Positions 29,612 to 39,871 of a DNA stretch of 64,000 bases are shown in pieces. Source of the DNA: Candidatus Izemoplasmatales bacterium (GTDB lineage: Bacteria > Bacillota_I > Bacilli_A > Izemoplasmatales > Hujiaoplasmataceae); the NCBI GenBank assembly GCA_050949045.1, contig JBMNEZ010000001.1:64001-128000 (forward strand). The letters are read 5' to 3'. Position numbers and translations under genes: made by a program. The number at the start of each line of letters is the position of its first letter. Position 1 is the stretch's first letter. The notes under the pieces are model-generated. The model made no database searches. It saw only the letters and a program-made list of their open reading frames with translations, and had not been told where the DNA came from.

Positions 29612-30280
29612 TCATCGTTTTTTCATTATGTTTAGGAAAGGAAAATTGTTTTTCTCAAACACTTTTCCTTCGAGGTAGGCCAAGGGATGTTCTCGTTCGA
29701 TATCGGAAAACTCGAGCCGCATCGACACTAGGGCTTGGTGGTTGAGGTTGTATCTTCGATTTAGACTCTTGTTTCCATAAAGCGGATCGCCAAGAAGCGG
29801 ATGGTTAAAATGGGCCATCACCGCCCTGATCTGGTGAAATCTGCCGGTGACAAGTTCGATTTCGACTAGGGATAGTTCCTGATTCTCTTCGATGACTCGG
29901 TATTTAGTGATGGTTTCCCGGCTGCCTTTGATCTTTTCACTCGCCGTTCTTACAAGAGCGCTCTCTTCATCCTTTAACAAATAACAGCGATAAGTCCCTT
30001 CAGTTTCGGGAAAATACCCGCTGACGATCGCCTGGTAGTATTTTTTGATCTTGTTATGACGCTGGAAGATCGAAAGGAGAGACAGGGAATTCTTGGTTTT
30101 TCCTAAAAGAACAAGACCTTGAGTCTGATAATCAAGCCTTGTCACGACGCCGTATTCATGATGACCGATGGCCGACAAGAGGTCTTTCTGTTTAAGCCTA
30201 GAAGCCGGATGGATCAAGAGATTGACCGGTTTGTCGACGATTAGGATTTGGTCGTCCTCGTAGATAATGGCAATATTCAT
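29612..30280 (-). CDS. RluA-family pseudouridine synthase
   Basis: 'VDKP', 'TRLDYQTQG', 'TGRFHQIR' and 'GDPLYG' motifs. Confidence 0.9.
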   Translation of the reverse strand: MNIAIIYEDDQILIVDKPVNLLIHPASRLKQKDLLSAIGHHEYGVVTRLDYQTQGLVLLGKTKNSLSLLSIFQRHNKIKKYYQAIVSGYFPETEGTYRCYLLKDEESALVRTASEKIKGSRETITKYRVIEENQELSLVEIELVTGRFHQIRAVMAHFNHPLLGDPLYGNKSLNRRYNLNHQALVSMRLEFSDIEREHPLAYLEGKVFEKNNFPFLNIMKKR

Positions 30281-30405
30281 ATAGACACTTCCCGTCACTC
30301 GGTATTATACATTATCTTCGCCGAATTTTTAATCTGTTTTCAAGAACACGTTTGAGGTGAGCTGCGCCCGTGATATAATTGAAATAATAATGGAGGATTT
30401 AAGCA

Positions 30406-30969
30406 ATGCTGATACTGCTCGGCCCCAGCGCTTCGGGCAAGACCGAGACCGCTAAAATCATGATCAATCGTTATCCCATTTCCCGGGTGGTGACCTGTAC
30501 GACCAGACCCATGAGGGTCAATGAGATCGACAGTTTCGACTATCATTTTTTGACTGAGACGGACTTTATGCAAAAAAAAGCTCAGGGATATTTTGCCGAA
30601 ACCGCAATTTACAACGGCTATCTTTATGGCACACCGTTGAACGAGCTTCGCGATGACAAACTGATTATTCTCGAACCGCAAGGATTGAAATCCTTTCTTG
30701 CGCTTGCGGTCTGCGACATTGTCGCCATCTACTTCAAGACTCAGGAACAATGTCGAATCGAGCGAATGCGTTCACGCAAGGACAACGAGGAGGACATTAA
30801 AAAGAGAATCGAACGGGATCGGATCGACTTCAACTATGAGCAGATCGAAGGACTTGATTTGATCGTTGACACGACAAATATCCCCCTCGCGGATCTTGCC
30901 GATCTCGTCTATTACAACTATACGATGATCCTGGCCAACAAAAAACTTTTGACCAGGACGGGAAAATGA
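30406..30969 (+). CDS. gmk: Guanylate kinase (or GK-like protein)
   Basis: 'GPSASGKT', 'TTRPMRVNEID..DYHF' and 'YGT' motifs. Confidence 0.8.
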   Translation: MLILLGPSASGKTETAKIMINRYPISRVVTCTTRPMRVNEIDSFDYHFLTETDFMQKKAQGYFAETAIYNGYLYGTPLNELRDDKLIILEPQGLKSFLALAVCDIVAIYFKTQEQCRIERMRSRKDNEEDIKKRIERDRIDFNYEQIEGLDLIVDTTNIPLADLADLVYYNYTMILANKKLLTRTGK

Positions 30970-30979
30970 GGTATTGTCA

Positions 30980-31450
30980 ATGGCTGATTTTCTGATTCGC
31001 CCTGCTAGGGAAGACGAAAGCGGTCTAGTGCTCGATTTTATCAAGCAAATAGCCGCTTATGAAAAGTTGTCCCATTTGGTTGAAGCCACCGAACATAAGA
31101 TTCATGAATCTCTGTTTGTCAACCATGATGCGAAGGCAATCATCGCTTTTGAAAACGATATTCCGGTCGGCTTTGCCCTCTATTACTATAATTTTTCCAC
31201 ATTCAAAGGCAAAAAAGGGCTCTATTTGGAAGACTTGTTCGTCAAAGAGGAACATCGTCACAAGGGTTATGGAAAAGCATTGATCACCTATTTGATCAGG
31301 CAGGCCAGTATTGAAAAGGTGGGACGGATGGAGTGGACTTGCCTTGACTGGAATCAAACGGCAGCTCAATTTTATCTGTCGCTGGGGGCGAAACCGATGG
31401 ACGGCTGGACCATATTCCGTTTGGACGAGAAAGACCTCGGGCAACTTTGA
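30980..31450 (+). CDS. GNAT acetyltransferase (SSAT-like)
   Basis: 'LYLEDLFV..HRHKGYG' and 'LDWN' motifs. Confidence 0.88.
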   Translation: MADFLIRPAREDESGLVLDFIKQIAAYEKLSHLVEATEHKIHESLFVNHDAKAIIAFENDIPVGFALYYYNFSTFKGKKGLYLEDLFVKEEHRHKGYGKALITYLIRQASIEKVGRMEWTCLDWNQTAAQFYLSLGAKPMDGWTIFRLDEKDLGQL

Positions 31451-31520
31451 GCATATCGATGGAGTTAGTCATTATTTTTTGATAAAATAAATTCGACAAA
31501 CAAATACGGAGGAAACAAAT

Positions 31521-31832
31521 ATGCCAACAAAAATAACTAATGCCAATTTCAAAACCGAGGTTCTCGACTCCAGCGTTCCGGTAATCGTCGATTTTTGGGC
31601 CGCTTGGTGCCGTCCCTGCATGATGCTGGGACCGATCATCGAAGATATCGCCAAGGACCTCAAGGGCGTCGTCAAAGTCGGAAAGGTCAATGTTGATGAG
31701 GAAGGTCAATTAGCCGATCAGTTCCGGATATCCACCATTCCCACGATTATTCTTTTTAAGAACGGCCAAGTCGACAAGCAGGTCGTCGGACTGATGCGCA
31801 AAGAGGATCTTTTAAAGGCATTCGGTCTTTGA
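31521..31832 (+). CDS. trxA: Thioredoxin
   Basis: 'DFWAAWCRPC' active site and 'IPT' cis-Pro loop. Confidence 0.92.
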   Translation: MPTKITNANFKTEVLDSSVPVIVDFWAAWCRPCMMLGPIIEDIAKDLKGVVKVGKVNVDEEGQLADQFRISTIPTIILFKNGQVDKQVVGLMRKEDLLKAFGL

Positions 31833-31833
31833 G

Positions 31834-32691
31834 ATGCGTGATGTAATCGTCATCGGCGGCGGACCCGCAGGTGTGTCCGCCGCCATTTACTTGAAAAGAT
31901 TCAAACTAGATGTGGCCATCCTCATGAAAGACATGGGGACCCTCGCAAACACTGACCATATCGAAAACTATTATGGGATTGTCGAACCGATAAAGGGATC
32001 CGACCTGTTCGAAAGGGGAATTGCCCAGGCGAAGCGGTTGGAGATCCCGGTTTTGGTTGAAGAAGCGATCGGGATCGACACTTTTGAAGGTTTTACAATC
32101 AGGACTAATGTTCAAGGCCACGATGCACGTGTTGTTTTGCTTGCGACCGGCGCCAACAAGGCTGGATTGAAGGTCAAGGGCTTCTTGGATTATATAGGAA
32201 AAGGCATCGCTTTTTGCGCCGTCTGCGACGGCTTTCTCTATCGAAACAAGAAGATTGGCATCGTCGGCACAGGTGATTTTATGATCGAGGAACTCGAAGT
32301 ATTAGAAAATTTCAGTGATAGTATCACGATCTTCACCAATGGCGATCCGCTTGAAAAGACGCCAAAACGCCATCAGGTGATCACCGAGAAAATCATAGAA
32401 ATCAAAGGCGAGGATACGGTTAAATCCGTGGAAACGACCGCCGGCGAACATGAGGTCGATGTTTTGTTCATCGCGATGGGAACCGCTTCGGCTACCGATT
32501 TCGCTCTTCGAATGGGAGCATTTATTAAAAACAACAGCATTGTCGTGGACGAAGACTATATGACGAACATCCCCGGCTTATTTGCGGCCGGCGATTGCAT
32601 CGGCGGGCTCAAACAAATCGCCAAGGCAGTCGATGACGGAGCTAAAGCCGCCATCGCCATCAATAAGTATTTGAAAGCTAAATCAACCTAA
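31834..32691 (+). CDS. Thioredoxin reductase-like flavoprotein
   Basis: GGGPAG, 'CAVCDG' and 'FAAGD' motifs; NADPH-binding motifs are degenerate. Confidence 0.85.
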   Translation: MRDVIVIGGGPAGVSAAIYLKRFKLDVAILMKDMGTLANTDHIENYYGIVEPIKGSDLFERGIAQAKRLEIPVLVEEAIGIDTFEGFTIRTNVQGHDARVVLLATGANKAGLKVKGFLDYIGKGIAFCAVCDGFLYRNKKIGIVGTGDFMIEELEVLENFSDSITIFTNGDPLEKTPKRHQVITEKIIEIKGEDTVKSVETTAGEHEVDVLFIAMGTASATDFALRMGAFIKNNSIVVDEDYMTNIPGLFAAGDCIGGLKQIAKAVDDGAKAAIAINKYLKAKST

Positions 32692-32799
32692 AAATCTGAG
32701 CAATCAGATTTTTTTGTCATTGGAGCAATCCGGCATCGTGCTACATTTTTGAGATTATTATGGTATAATCCGTATTGCATATGGCAAGGAGGGATTCTG

Positions 32800-33081
32800 A
32801 TGGAAGAACTGATATCATATCGTGAAGAAATTGATGTGATCGACAAACAAATTCTCGCGCTCTTTTCTAGAAGAATGGCAGTTGTCGGCAAGATCGCCGG
32901 TTACAAGATGAAAAAGGATATGATCGTCTACAATCAAACAAGGGAAGATGAAGTCGTGAACAAGAATATGGATAACTGCAAAAACGAAGAATTGAAGCCC
33001 TACTATCAGGAAGTCCTCGAGACAATCCTTCGGGTTTCGAAAGAATACCAAAAACAGATTATCTTAAGGAACACTATATGA
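32800..33081 (+). CDS. Chorismate mutase (AroQ, type II)
   Basis: 'REEIDVIDKQI...RR', 'K' and 'RE' motifs; RBS AGGAGG before ATG 32800. Confidence 0.85.
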   Translation: MEELISYREEIDVIDKQILALFSRRMAVVGKIAGYKMKKDMIVYNQTREDEVVNKNMDNCKNEELKPYYQEVLETILRVSKEYQKQIILRNTI

Positions 33082-34091
33082 GAATTATCGATCTTCGAAG
33101 CGACACGGTGACCAAACCGACCAAAGCGATGTATGAAGCGATTTTGGAAGCCGAAGTCGGCGACGATGTCTTCCAAGACGATCCGGAAACCAACAGACTC
33201 GAAGCGTTGTGCGCCGCCAAACTTGGGAAAGAGGCAGCGCTGTTTGTACCTTCGGGGACATTTTCAAACCAATTGGCAATCTTTACCCATTGCCTTCAAG
33301 GAGAAGAGGTCATTCTCGATCAAAACTCCCATATCGTCCAGCACGAATCTGGTGCTTCGGCCATCATTGCCGGAGTACAACTTTTCACGCTCCAAGGCGA
33401 TGTTGGGATGTGGGACTTGAATCAATTCGGCAAGGTCATTAAGGAGCGGACGATCTCAACGACCAGAACAAGACTGGTGTGTCTGGAAAACGCCTTCGGC
33501 GGCCGGGCTTTGTCACTGGATTATCTTCATGACGTGGCAAGGATTGCGAGAGCCGGAGGCTTGAAGATTCATTTGGACGGTGCGCGAATCTTCAATGCGG
33601 CGGTAGCTTTGGAAACGAACGCCAAAGCGATCGCTGAAGTAGCGGATTCCGTCAGTGTATGTCTTTCCAAGGGACTTGGGGCTCCGATCGGGACGCTACT
33701 CGTCGGAAGCACTGAATTCATCCGGGAAGCCCGGTTAAAACGGAAGCTGATGGGCGGCGGCATGCGACAGGTCGGCATCTTGGCGGCTTGCGGTAAAATC
33801 GCGCTCGAAACAATGCCTCTTCGTTTGAAAATCGACCATGATAATGCCCGATACATGGAATCTTTATTGCGCCAGATCCCGGGTTTAATGATAGATGAGC
33901 GCCAAAGAGACATCAACATGGTTTTCTTTGATATCGATGATGAACGCAAACTGGGGTTGGAAGCCTTTTTGGCAAAACACGGAGTCAAGACACTAGGATA
34001 CGAAAACGGCTTCCGCTTCGTCACGCATTATGATGTTGATCAAGCCGATATCAAAACGGCGATCGATTTGGTCGCAGCGTATTTTTCTTGA
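33078..34091 (+). CDS. ltaE: Low-specificity L-threonine aldolase
   Basis: 'DLRSDTVT', 'HLDGARIFNA', 'CLSKGLGAP' and 'GGGMRQ' motifs. Confidence 0.93.
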   Translation: MRIIDLRSDTVTKPTKAMYEAILEAEVGDDVFQDDPETNRLEALCAAKLGKEAALFVPSGTFSNQLAIFTHCLQGEEVILDQNSHIVQHESGASAIIAGVQLFTLQGDVGMWDLNQFGKVIKERTISTTRTRLVCLENAFGGRALSLDYLHDVARIARAGGLKIHLDGARIFNAAVALETNAKAIAEVADSVSVCLSKGLGAPIGTLLVGSTEFIREARLKRKLMGGGMRQVGILAACGKIALETMPLRLKIDHDNARYMESLLRQIPGLMIDERQRDINMVFFDIDDERKLGLEAFLAKHGVKTLGYENGFRFVTHYDVDQADIKTAIDLVAAYFS

Positions 34092-34384
34092 AACTATTAA
34101 TCAATGATGACCGTCCTTTTATTACAATGGCGGTCCTTTTTTAAATGAGGCGATGTTGAATTGACTTGGCAGAAGCCATGGATCATGGACTAGTAAAATT
34201 TATTATTTCCGATTGGAAAATGGCGATTTCTCATGGAAGAGAAACACCGCATTCATATTCCATAATTATAGCAGGAAAAGATGATGTTGCCATTTAAAAA
34301 CGGAGTTGCTTATTTAATGAATAATGTTATAATATCATGGGGTAATAGAGACAAAAAAAACACCATGATCAAGGGAGGAACAAT

Positions 34385-35689
34385 GTGATGCTGTTACGAA
34401 GAATCAAAGGGATTCGAATCGAAGGGAAAAAGGCGATGTCCTGCTCTGCACTTTTACAGGATTATTTGGACCCTCCCGTTGTCGCTATTCCTCTGCTTCA
34501 AGGTAGCGCCCCTTTGAAGCCGGCAGTCGAAATAGGATCTTCCGTCAAGATCGGCGATATCATCGCGTATCGTGAAGGTTTAGGGGCCATGCCGATTCAC
34601 GCTTCCATCGCCGGGAAAGTGACGGCGATCAAGAAAGTTTGGCATGCCTGCGGCCGCATGGTCGAAGCATTGGAGATTGAAAACGATCATAGTGGAGCTC
34701 TCTCAGATTCTATCAAGCCGGAAATCGATCCAGAAGGCTTGGATAAAGATGCGCTGATCAAAAAAATGATCGATGCGGGCCTTGCCGGACTCGGCGGAGC
34801 CGGTTTTCCAACCTATGTCAAATATCAATCCGGATGCCCAATTGATACGATTATCATCAACGCCATTGAATGCGAACCGTATCTTACTTGTGATTATCTC
34901 TTGTCGGTCAGACATCCGGAAAAATTGGTGAAGGGTCTACACTACTTCATGAAAGCCGCCGGAGCCGAAAAGGGAGTCATCGCCTATAAAGGCTACAATC
35001 AGGCGGTCGAAGAAGCAATCAAGCCTTATCTCGAAAAGTATCCGGGAATTACCGCATTCCCCTTTAAAGATGTCTATCCGGCAGGTTGGCAAAAATATTT
35101 AACTGAAGCCATAACCGGAAAAACCTATTCTAAACTCCCCTCGGAAGCGGGCGCCATCGTAAACAACTCCGGTACGGCAATCGCTTTTGCGGATATGGTT
35201 GAAAACAATATTCCATTAATTGCCAGAAGTATCACCATCACCGGCGAGGGCATAACCAATCCGCAGAACTTCTATGTGCCGCTCGGGACGAAAGTGGCTG
35301 ATCTCGTTAAGCTTTGCGGTGGATACCGTGAAGGACTGGATCCGAAATATGCTTGGTATATCGCCGGTGGTCCGATGACCGGTCGGGCAATCTTGATCGA
35401 CGATCTTGTTGTGAGTGAAACATTGGGAGCCGTTGTTGTGATCCCAATGCCGAAAGAGAAACTGCATCCCGAATGCTTGGGTTGCGGGAAATGCGCGGAT
35501 GCCTGTCCGGCATTTCTTACCCCAACAGAAATCAAACGGGCAGCCGACATGAAAGACAAGGCGGCACTTATACAACTTCAAGCCGACAAATGCATCGCCT
35601 GCGGTCTTTGTTCATATGTCTGTCCGTCACATATTGAAATCACCGATGCCGTAGTCAAGGCCCGGGATTCTCTGAAGAAAGGAGCATAG
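34385..35689 (+). CDS. rnfC: Rnf complex subunit C
   Basis: 'GLGGAGFPT', 'ECEPYLT' and 'GGPMTG' motifs; two C-terminal CxxCxxCxxxCP motifs. Confidence 0.92.
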   Translation: MMLLRRIKGIRIEGKKAMSCSALLQDYLDPPVVAIPLLQGSAPLKPAVEIGSSVKIGDIIAYREGLGAMPIHASIAGKVTAIKKVWHACGRMVEALEIENDHSGALSDSIKPEIDPEGLDKDALIKKMIDAGLAGLGGAGFPTYVKYQSGCPIDTIIINAIECEPYLTCDYLLSVRHPEKLVKGLHYFMKAAGAEKGVIAYKGYNQAVEEAIKPYLEKYPGITAFPFKDVYPAGWQKYLTEAITGKTYSKLPSEAGAIVNNSGTAIAFADMVENNIPLIARSITITGEGITNPQNFYVPLGTKVADLVKLCGGYREGLDPKYAWYIAGGPMTGRAILIDDLVVSETLGAVVVIPMPKEKLHPECLGCGKCADACPAFLTPTEIKRAADMKDKAALIQLQADKCIACGLCSYVCPSHIEITDAVVKARDSLKKGA

Positions 35690-35694
35690 GAAGA

Positions 35695-36885
35695 ATGGCC
35701 AGGTTTGCAAGCGGGAAAGCCCCGTTTCTGAGAATATCGGATCAACCTAATCAAGGGACCGGCATCATCATGCGTGATTTCATGATTGGTCTTATACCCG
35801 TCATTTTGTTTTCTTGGTACAAGAATGGTATTCAAGTGATGATTGACGGCAACATCGGCTTCTTGGAAATGCTCTATCCGCTCATCTTTATCATGTTGGG
35901 CGGTCTCTTGTCCACGGTCATGGAAGGGATCGTCTTTTACATCATCGATCCCGATTCAAGAAGTTTTAAAGGAATCTTGGAAAAACTCAGTACCTCGTAT
36001 GCGCTGATTCCCGGTGTTTTGCTTGCGATGATTTTACCGCTGTATACGCCGATCTGGGTCTTGATCTTTGGATGTTTCATGGGAACAGTCGTTGCGAAAA
36101 TGCTATTTGGCGGATTCGGGCACAATATCTTCAATCCGGCCTTGATCGGCTATCTGACGATTGCGGTGACCTTGACCGGTGTTATTAACGCCGCCGGAGG
36201 CGTCTTCAATGCCTCGGAAGTGCTCGTCGATGCCTATGCCGGCGCCACGCCGCTCACCTTGTTGTCCCGGATCAAGGAACTTGATTATGACAAACTGGTG
36301 GCTCCTTATGGAACTTTATGGAATTTCTTCCTCGGAATGATTCCGGGAGCACTGGCGGAAACCGGTGTCTTGGCAATTCTTATAAGTTATGCTTGGCTCG
36401 TTGCCCGGAAAGTCATCAAGTGGTTCACTCCGCTGGCCTATGTGGGAACTGTTTTTGTCATTTCATGGTTCATCGGCATCGCCGCTGGCGAAGCCGGAAT
36501 CTGGTTCCCGTTGTACAGCATCCTCTCCGGCGGCTTGATGTTCGGGGCCGTTTTCATGGCGACCGAACCGGTGACCACTCCGAAAAATCCGCTCGGGAAA
36601 TTGGTGTTTGCGTTGTTCTTGGGAGTGTTAACCGTGCTGTTCCGCTATGTCAGCGACTTGCCGGAAGGCGTGGCAACCTCGATCGTTTTCTTGAACATCT
36701 TCACTTTGCCCATTGATAATTGGACAGCCGTTTTGCGAGCCCAAGGGCTCAAAAAACAAACCGCAGTCAAAGCGGTCGTCCTCATATTGCTTTTTGTCCT
36801 TTTAATGGTCTACGCCATCTTGAAGGCCGGTTCAATGTATACCGCCTTAATTCGATTACCGAACTTGATCGGGAGGTGGTTCTGA
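35695..36885 (+). CDS. rnfD: Rnf complex subunit D
   Basis: 'FGGFGHNIFNPA', flavinylation site 'DAYAGATPL' and 'FMATEPVTTP'. Confidence 0.92.
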   Translation: MARFASGKAPFLRISDQPNQGTGIIMRDFMIGLIPVILFSWYKNGIQVMIDGNIGFLEMLYPLIFIMLGGLLSTVMEGIVFYIIDPDSRSFKGILEKLSTSYALIPGVLLAMILPLYTPIWVLIFGCFMGTVVAKMLFGGFGHNIFNPALIGYLTIAVTLTGVINAAGGVFNASEVLVDAYAGATPLTLLSRIKELDYDKLVAPYGTLWNFFLGMIPGALAETGVLAILISYAWLVARKVIKWFTPLAYVGTVFVISWFIGIAAGEAGIWFPLYSILSGGLMFGAVFMATEPVTTPKNPLGKLVFALFLGVLTVLFRYVSDLPEGVATSIVFLNIFTLPIDNWTAVLRAQGLKKQTAVKAVVLILLFVLLMVYAILKAGSMYTALIRLPNLIGRWF

Positions 36886-38051
36886 TGAAAGCCTTCTTTG
36901 AGAAACATGGATTGACCCTGACGCTCGTTGCCGTTTTTGTGGTTATTTTTGCGCTTGGCGGCGTCTATAGCCGTTTCATGACAAATGAACTCAAAGAACA
37001 TATTGAAGAAAACGCCACCGGAGCCGAATATGAAAGATACCTCGCTTTGTTTCCCGGGGCCGATACCGTGACACCCTTCACGGCGGCCTCCGTCGCAAAA
37101 ACGTATCCCTTGTCCGGCGGACGCGGTGATTTTACCCCTTCGATAGTCAAGGCCTTAAAAATTCTTCAGGGATCAACGGAAAAAGGGGTCGTCTATGTAA
37201 TCGATACCCGTGGGAAAGAAGTGATGACGGTTGCCGTTGGCATTTCGAGTGAAACCGATGCCTGTGTCGGCATTGAGGTTTTGGCCCAAAATGAGACGCC
37301 GGGATATTATGTTCAATTAAGAAATGTTTTCTTCAGCTAATTCGATGCCAAAGATCTTGCCGATCTCGCGCTTTCAGTCGACAGCGTTGCCGGAGTAACT
37401 TACTCCAGTAAGGGTTTTGAAATAGCCTTGCTCTATGCTCGGGAGGTCTATGCTCTGGATTTTGATTTCGAAATTCCCACTGTCGCCATGACGCTCGTAG
37501 GTCTGGATTATAACTTTGACCCCTTGACTTTCATCGCCTCGCCCTATATCGCCAATGTCCTTTATGGCGATAATGATACCGAAGCCGCGATTTTGTTATC
37601 ACCCAGTTTTGATTATGTTGGACTTGTAGGTGGCGGAACTGATTTGGAAGAGGATTTCCAAACAGCGGTCAAAGCGCTGGCGCAAGGCGACGGATCGCTC
37701 AATACCCAAGCCTACTTTGAAAGTTTTGATAACGATACCAAAACCTTGGTCATGCGGACTAAAGGCTATATTTCCAATGCAATCAAAGCGACGATTGTGT
37801 TGAGCGAATCGTTGGATACCGTAGTGTCGATATCATTCTTGTCTCATGAAACCTATGCGCAACACGGTGGTTATGGTGATTATGTCGGCGCCCCGGCCCC
37901 GGCAGTCGAAAACAATCTCGCCAATCAATACTTGGCTGACGGCGATCCCAATGTCGATGGCGTGGCGGGCGCAACCGTCTCCTCCAATGCCGTTAGGTCT
38001 CTGCTTCAATTATTGGATGGCTTCGTCGAAGCTCAAAACGGAGGCGAATAA
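36885..38051 (+). pseudogene. Membrane-anchored protein with two FMN-binding domains, split by an in-frame TAA at 37338-37340
   Basis: ATG overlaps the rnfD stop. ORFs ending at 37340 and starting at 37428 share a frame, and the gap reads FDAKDLADLALSVDSVAGVTYSSKGF (FMN motif). A second motif, VDGVAGATVSS, lies near the end. Confidence 0.8.
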
Positions 38052-38052
38052 T

Positions 38053-38613
38053 ATGAAAAAAGCTCTGTCTTCTGCCATTGTTCTCTTGGTATTGGGCGTT
38101 GTCTGCGGTTCGATCTTGGCCCTCGTCAACTCGATTACCGCTCCGGTGATCGCTCAAAATGAATTGAATAAAAAAATGGAAGCCCTAGAGGCGTTTTTCG
38201 ATGATGAACTGGCCCTCAATCAAAAAATAGCCGATGTTTTCGATGTTGAAGAAGTTGCAGGTTCCGGCGGTGTCAAGGCAATATACCTATTGGAACACAA
38301 AACAACCAAAGCCAAAAGCGCCGTCTACAACGTCAGCGCCTTGGGATGGAAAACCAATGTCGAAATGATGATTGCCGTGGATGAAGATTTGACACTCCGC
38401 GGGTATGCTTTCGTGACAAACGGCGGCACTGAAGGCATCGGGCTCACGATGATCGGTGCCACGCTCAATTTGGCTGACAACATCCCGATTGCCGATGCCG
38501 TCATCGATTATGATGCCGTCGGCGGAGTTTCGGCTCCGGTGACCGGAAAAGGCGTCAAAGACTGTTTCCGACTCGTTGCCCAGCGGGCAGCTGCTGATTT
38601 GGGGGGTGAATGA
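38053..38613 (+). CDS. rnfG: Rnf complex subunit G-like
   Basis: 'LALVNSITAPVI', 'GWKTNV' and 'TEGIG' motifs; located before rnfE. Atypical FMN motif 'DAVGGVSAPVTG'. Confidence 0.75.
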   Translation: MKKALSSAIVLLVLGVVCGSILALVNSITAPVIAQNELNKKMEALEAFFDDELALNQKIADVFDVEEVAGSGGVKAIYLLEHKTTKAKSAVYNVSALGWKTNVEMMIAVDEDLTLRGYAFVTNGGTEGIGLTMIGATLNLADNIPIADAVIDYDAVGGVSAPVTGKGVKDCFRLVAQRAAADLGGE

Positions 38614-38614
38614 G

Positions 38615-39289
38615 ATGACCGTCAAGGAAAATTTTCTTAAAGGTTTCGTCAAGGAAAATCCGTTGTTGGTTCAGGTTTTGGGACTGTGTCCGGCATTGGC
38701 CGTGACGACCAAGGTCGAAAACGCCATCGGGATGGGGTTTGCGGTCTTCTTTGTTTTGGTCTTATCCAATTTGCTCGTGTCGCTCGTGACTTTTCGCCCG
38801 AAGTTGAGGGAACTGGTCATGCCGGTGCGGATTCCGGTATACATCGTCTTGATCGCATCGCTTGTCGTGATTGTGGAGATGCTGATGAAAGCCTTCTTGC
38901 CGGAACTATTCCAATCGTTGGGAATCTTCATTCCCTTGATCGTGGTCAACTGTATCATCTTCGGCCGCGCCGAAGCTTATGCCGGCGATCACAAGCCCGG
39001 CGAAGCGATTGTCGATGGCGCGGGGATGGCGATTGGCTTTACCTTGGCAATCATGATCATCAGTTTGTTGAGAGAAGTATTGGGCGCCGGGAAGATCACG
39101 ATTTGGAAAGCGGCTGTTTTCGATCTCACTGGCCTTTATGATTTTCTGGGAATCGAACCGATCGGGATGTTTCTAAGGCCGGAAGGGGCCTTCATCACTA
39201 TGGGATTTCTCCTAGCGGCCGTAGCGGCGATCCAAAACTGGATCAATGCGAAAAAAACCGCAAAAGCGGATAGGGGAGGAAAACAATAA
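38615..39289 (+). CDS. rnfE: Rnf complex subunit E
   Basis: 'ENP..LGLCPALAVTT' and 'IPLIVVNCIIFGRAE' motifs. Confidence 0.93.
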   Translation: MTVKENFLKGFVKENPLLVQVLGLCPALAVTTKVENAIGMGFAVFFVLVLSNLLVSLVTFRPKLRELVMPVRIPVYIVLIASLVVIVEMLMKAFLPELFQSLGIFIPLIVVNCIIFGRAEAYAGDHKPGEAIVDGAGMAIGFTLAIMIISLLREVLGAGKITIWKAAVFDLTGLYDFLGIEPIGMFLRPEGAFITMGFLLAAVAAIQNWINAKKTAKADRGGKQ

Positions 39290-39870
39290 TGTCCGGTCAA
39301 TCGTTACTTGTCATCGCCTTTACCGCCTTTTTCATTCAAAACGTGCTTCTCAACCAGTTCTTGGGGATTTGTTCTTTCATCGGGGTCGGGCAAAAACGGA
39401 GTTCAGCGTTCGGAATGGGGCTTGCGGTCATAGTCGTCATCGTCTTGGCCAGCATCGTCACCTTCGCGATCTACAATTATCTGATGTATCCCTTGCATCT
39501 CGAGTTCATGCGGACGATCTTCTTTATTCTGGTAATCGCGGCTTTGGTTCAGATGATTGAAACCATCATCAAACGATTTTCTCCAGCTCTCTACAAAGCC
39601 TTGGGAATCTATCTCCCGCTTATCACCACGAACTGCGCGGTTTTAGGAGTCGCTCTCACAAACATCAACGAAGGCTTCACCTTTGTCGAAATGCTCGTGT
39701 ATTCCACGGCGACCGCCTTTGGCTACCTCTTTGTCATGTATATCTATGCCATCATCCGGGAACGTGTCAGTTTGTCTCCGGTGCCGAAAGCCTTCCGCGG
39801 TATCCCGATCGCGATGATCATCGCAGCGATCCTTGCCATGATTTTTTCACGGTTTGGAGGGTTGATTTAA
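39289..39870 (+). CDS. rnfA: Rnf complex subunit A
   Basis: 'QFLGICSF' and 'LGIYLPLITTNCAVLG' motifs. Confidence 0.93.
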   Translation: MSGQSLLVIAFTAFFIQNVLLNQFLGICSFIGVGQKRSSAFGMGLAVIVVIVLASIVTFAIYNYLMYPLHLEFMRTIFFILVIAALVQMIETIIKRFSPALYKALGIYLPLITTNCAVLGVALTNINEGFTFVEMLVYSTATAFGYLFVMYIYAIIRERVSLSPVPKAFRGIPIAMIIAAILAMIFSRFGGLI

Positions 39871-39871
39871 G

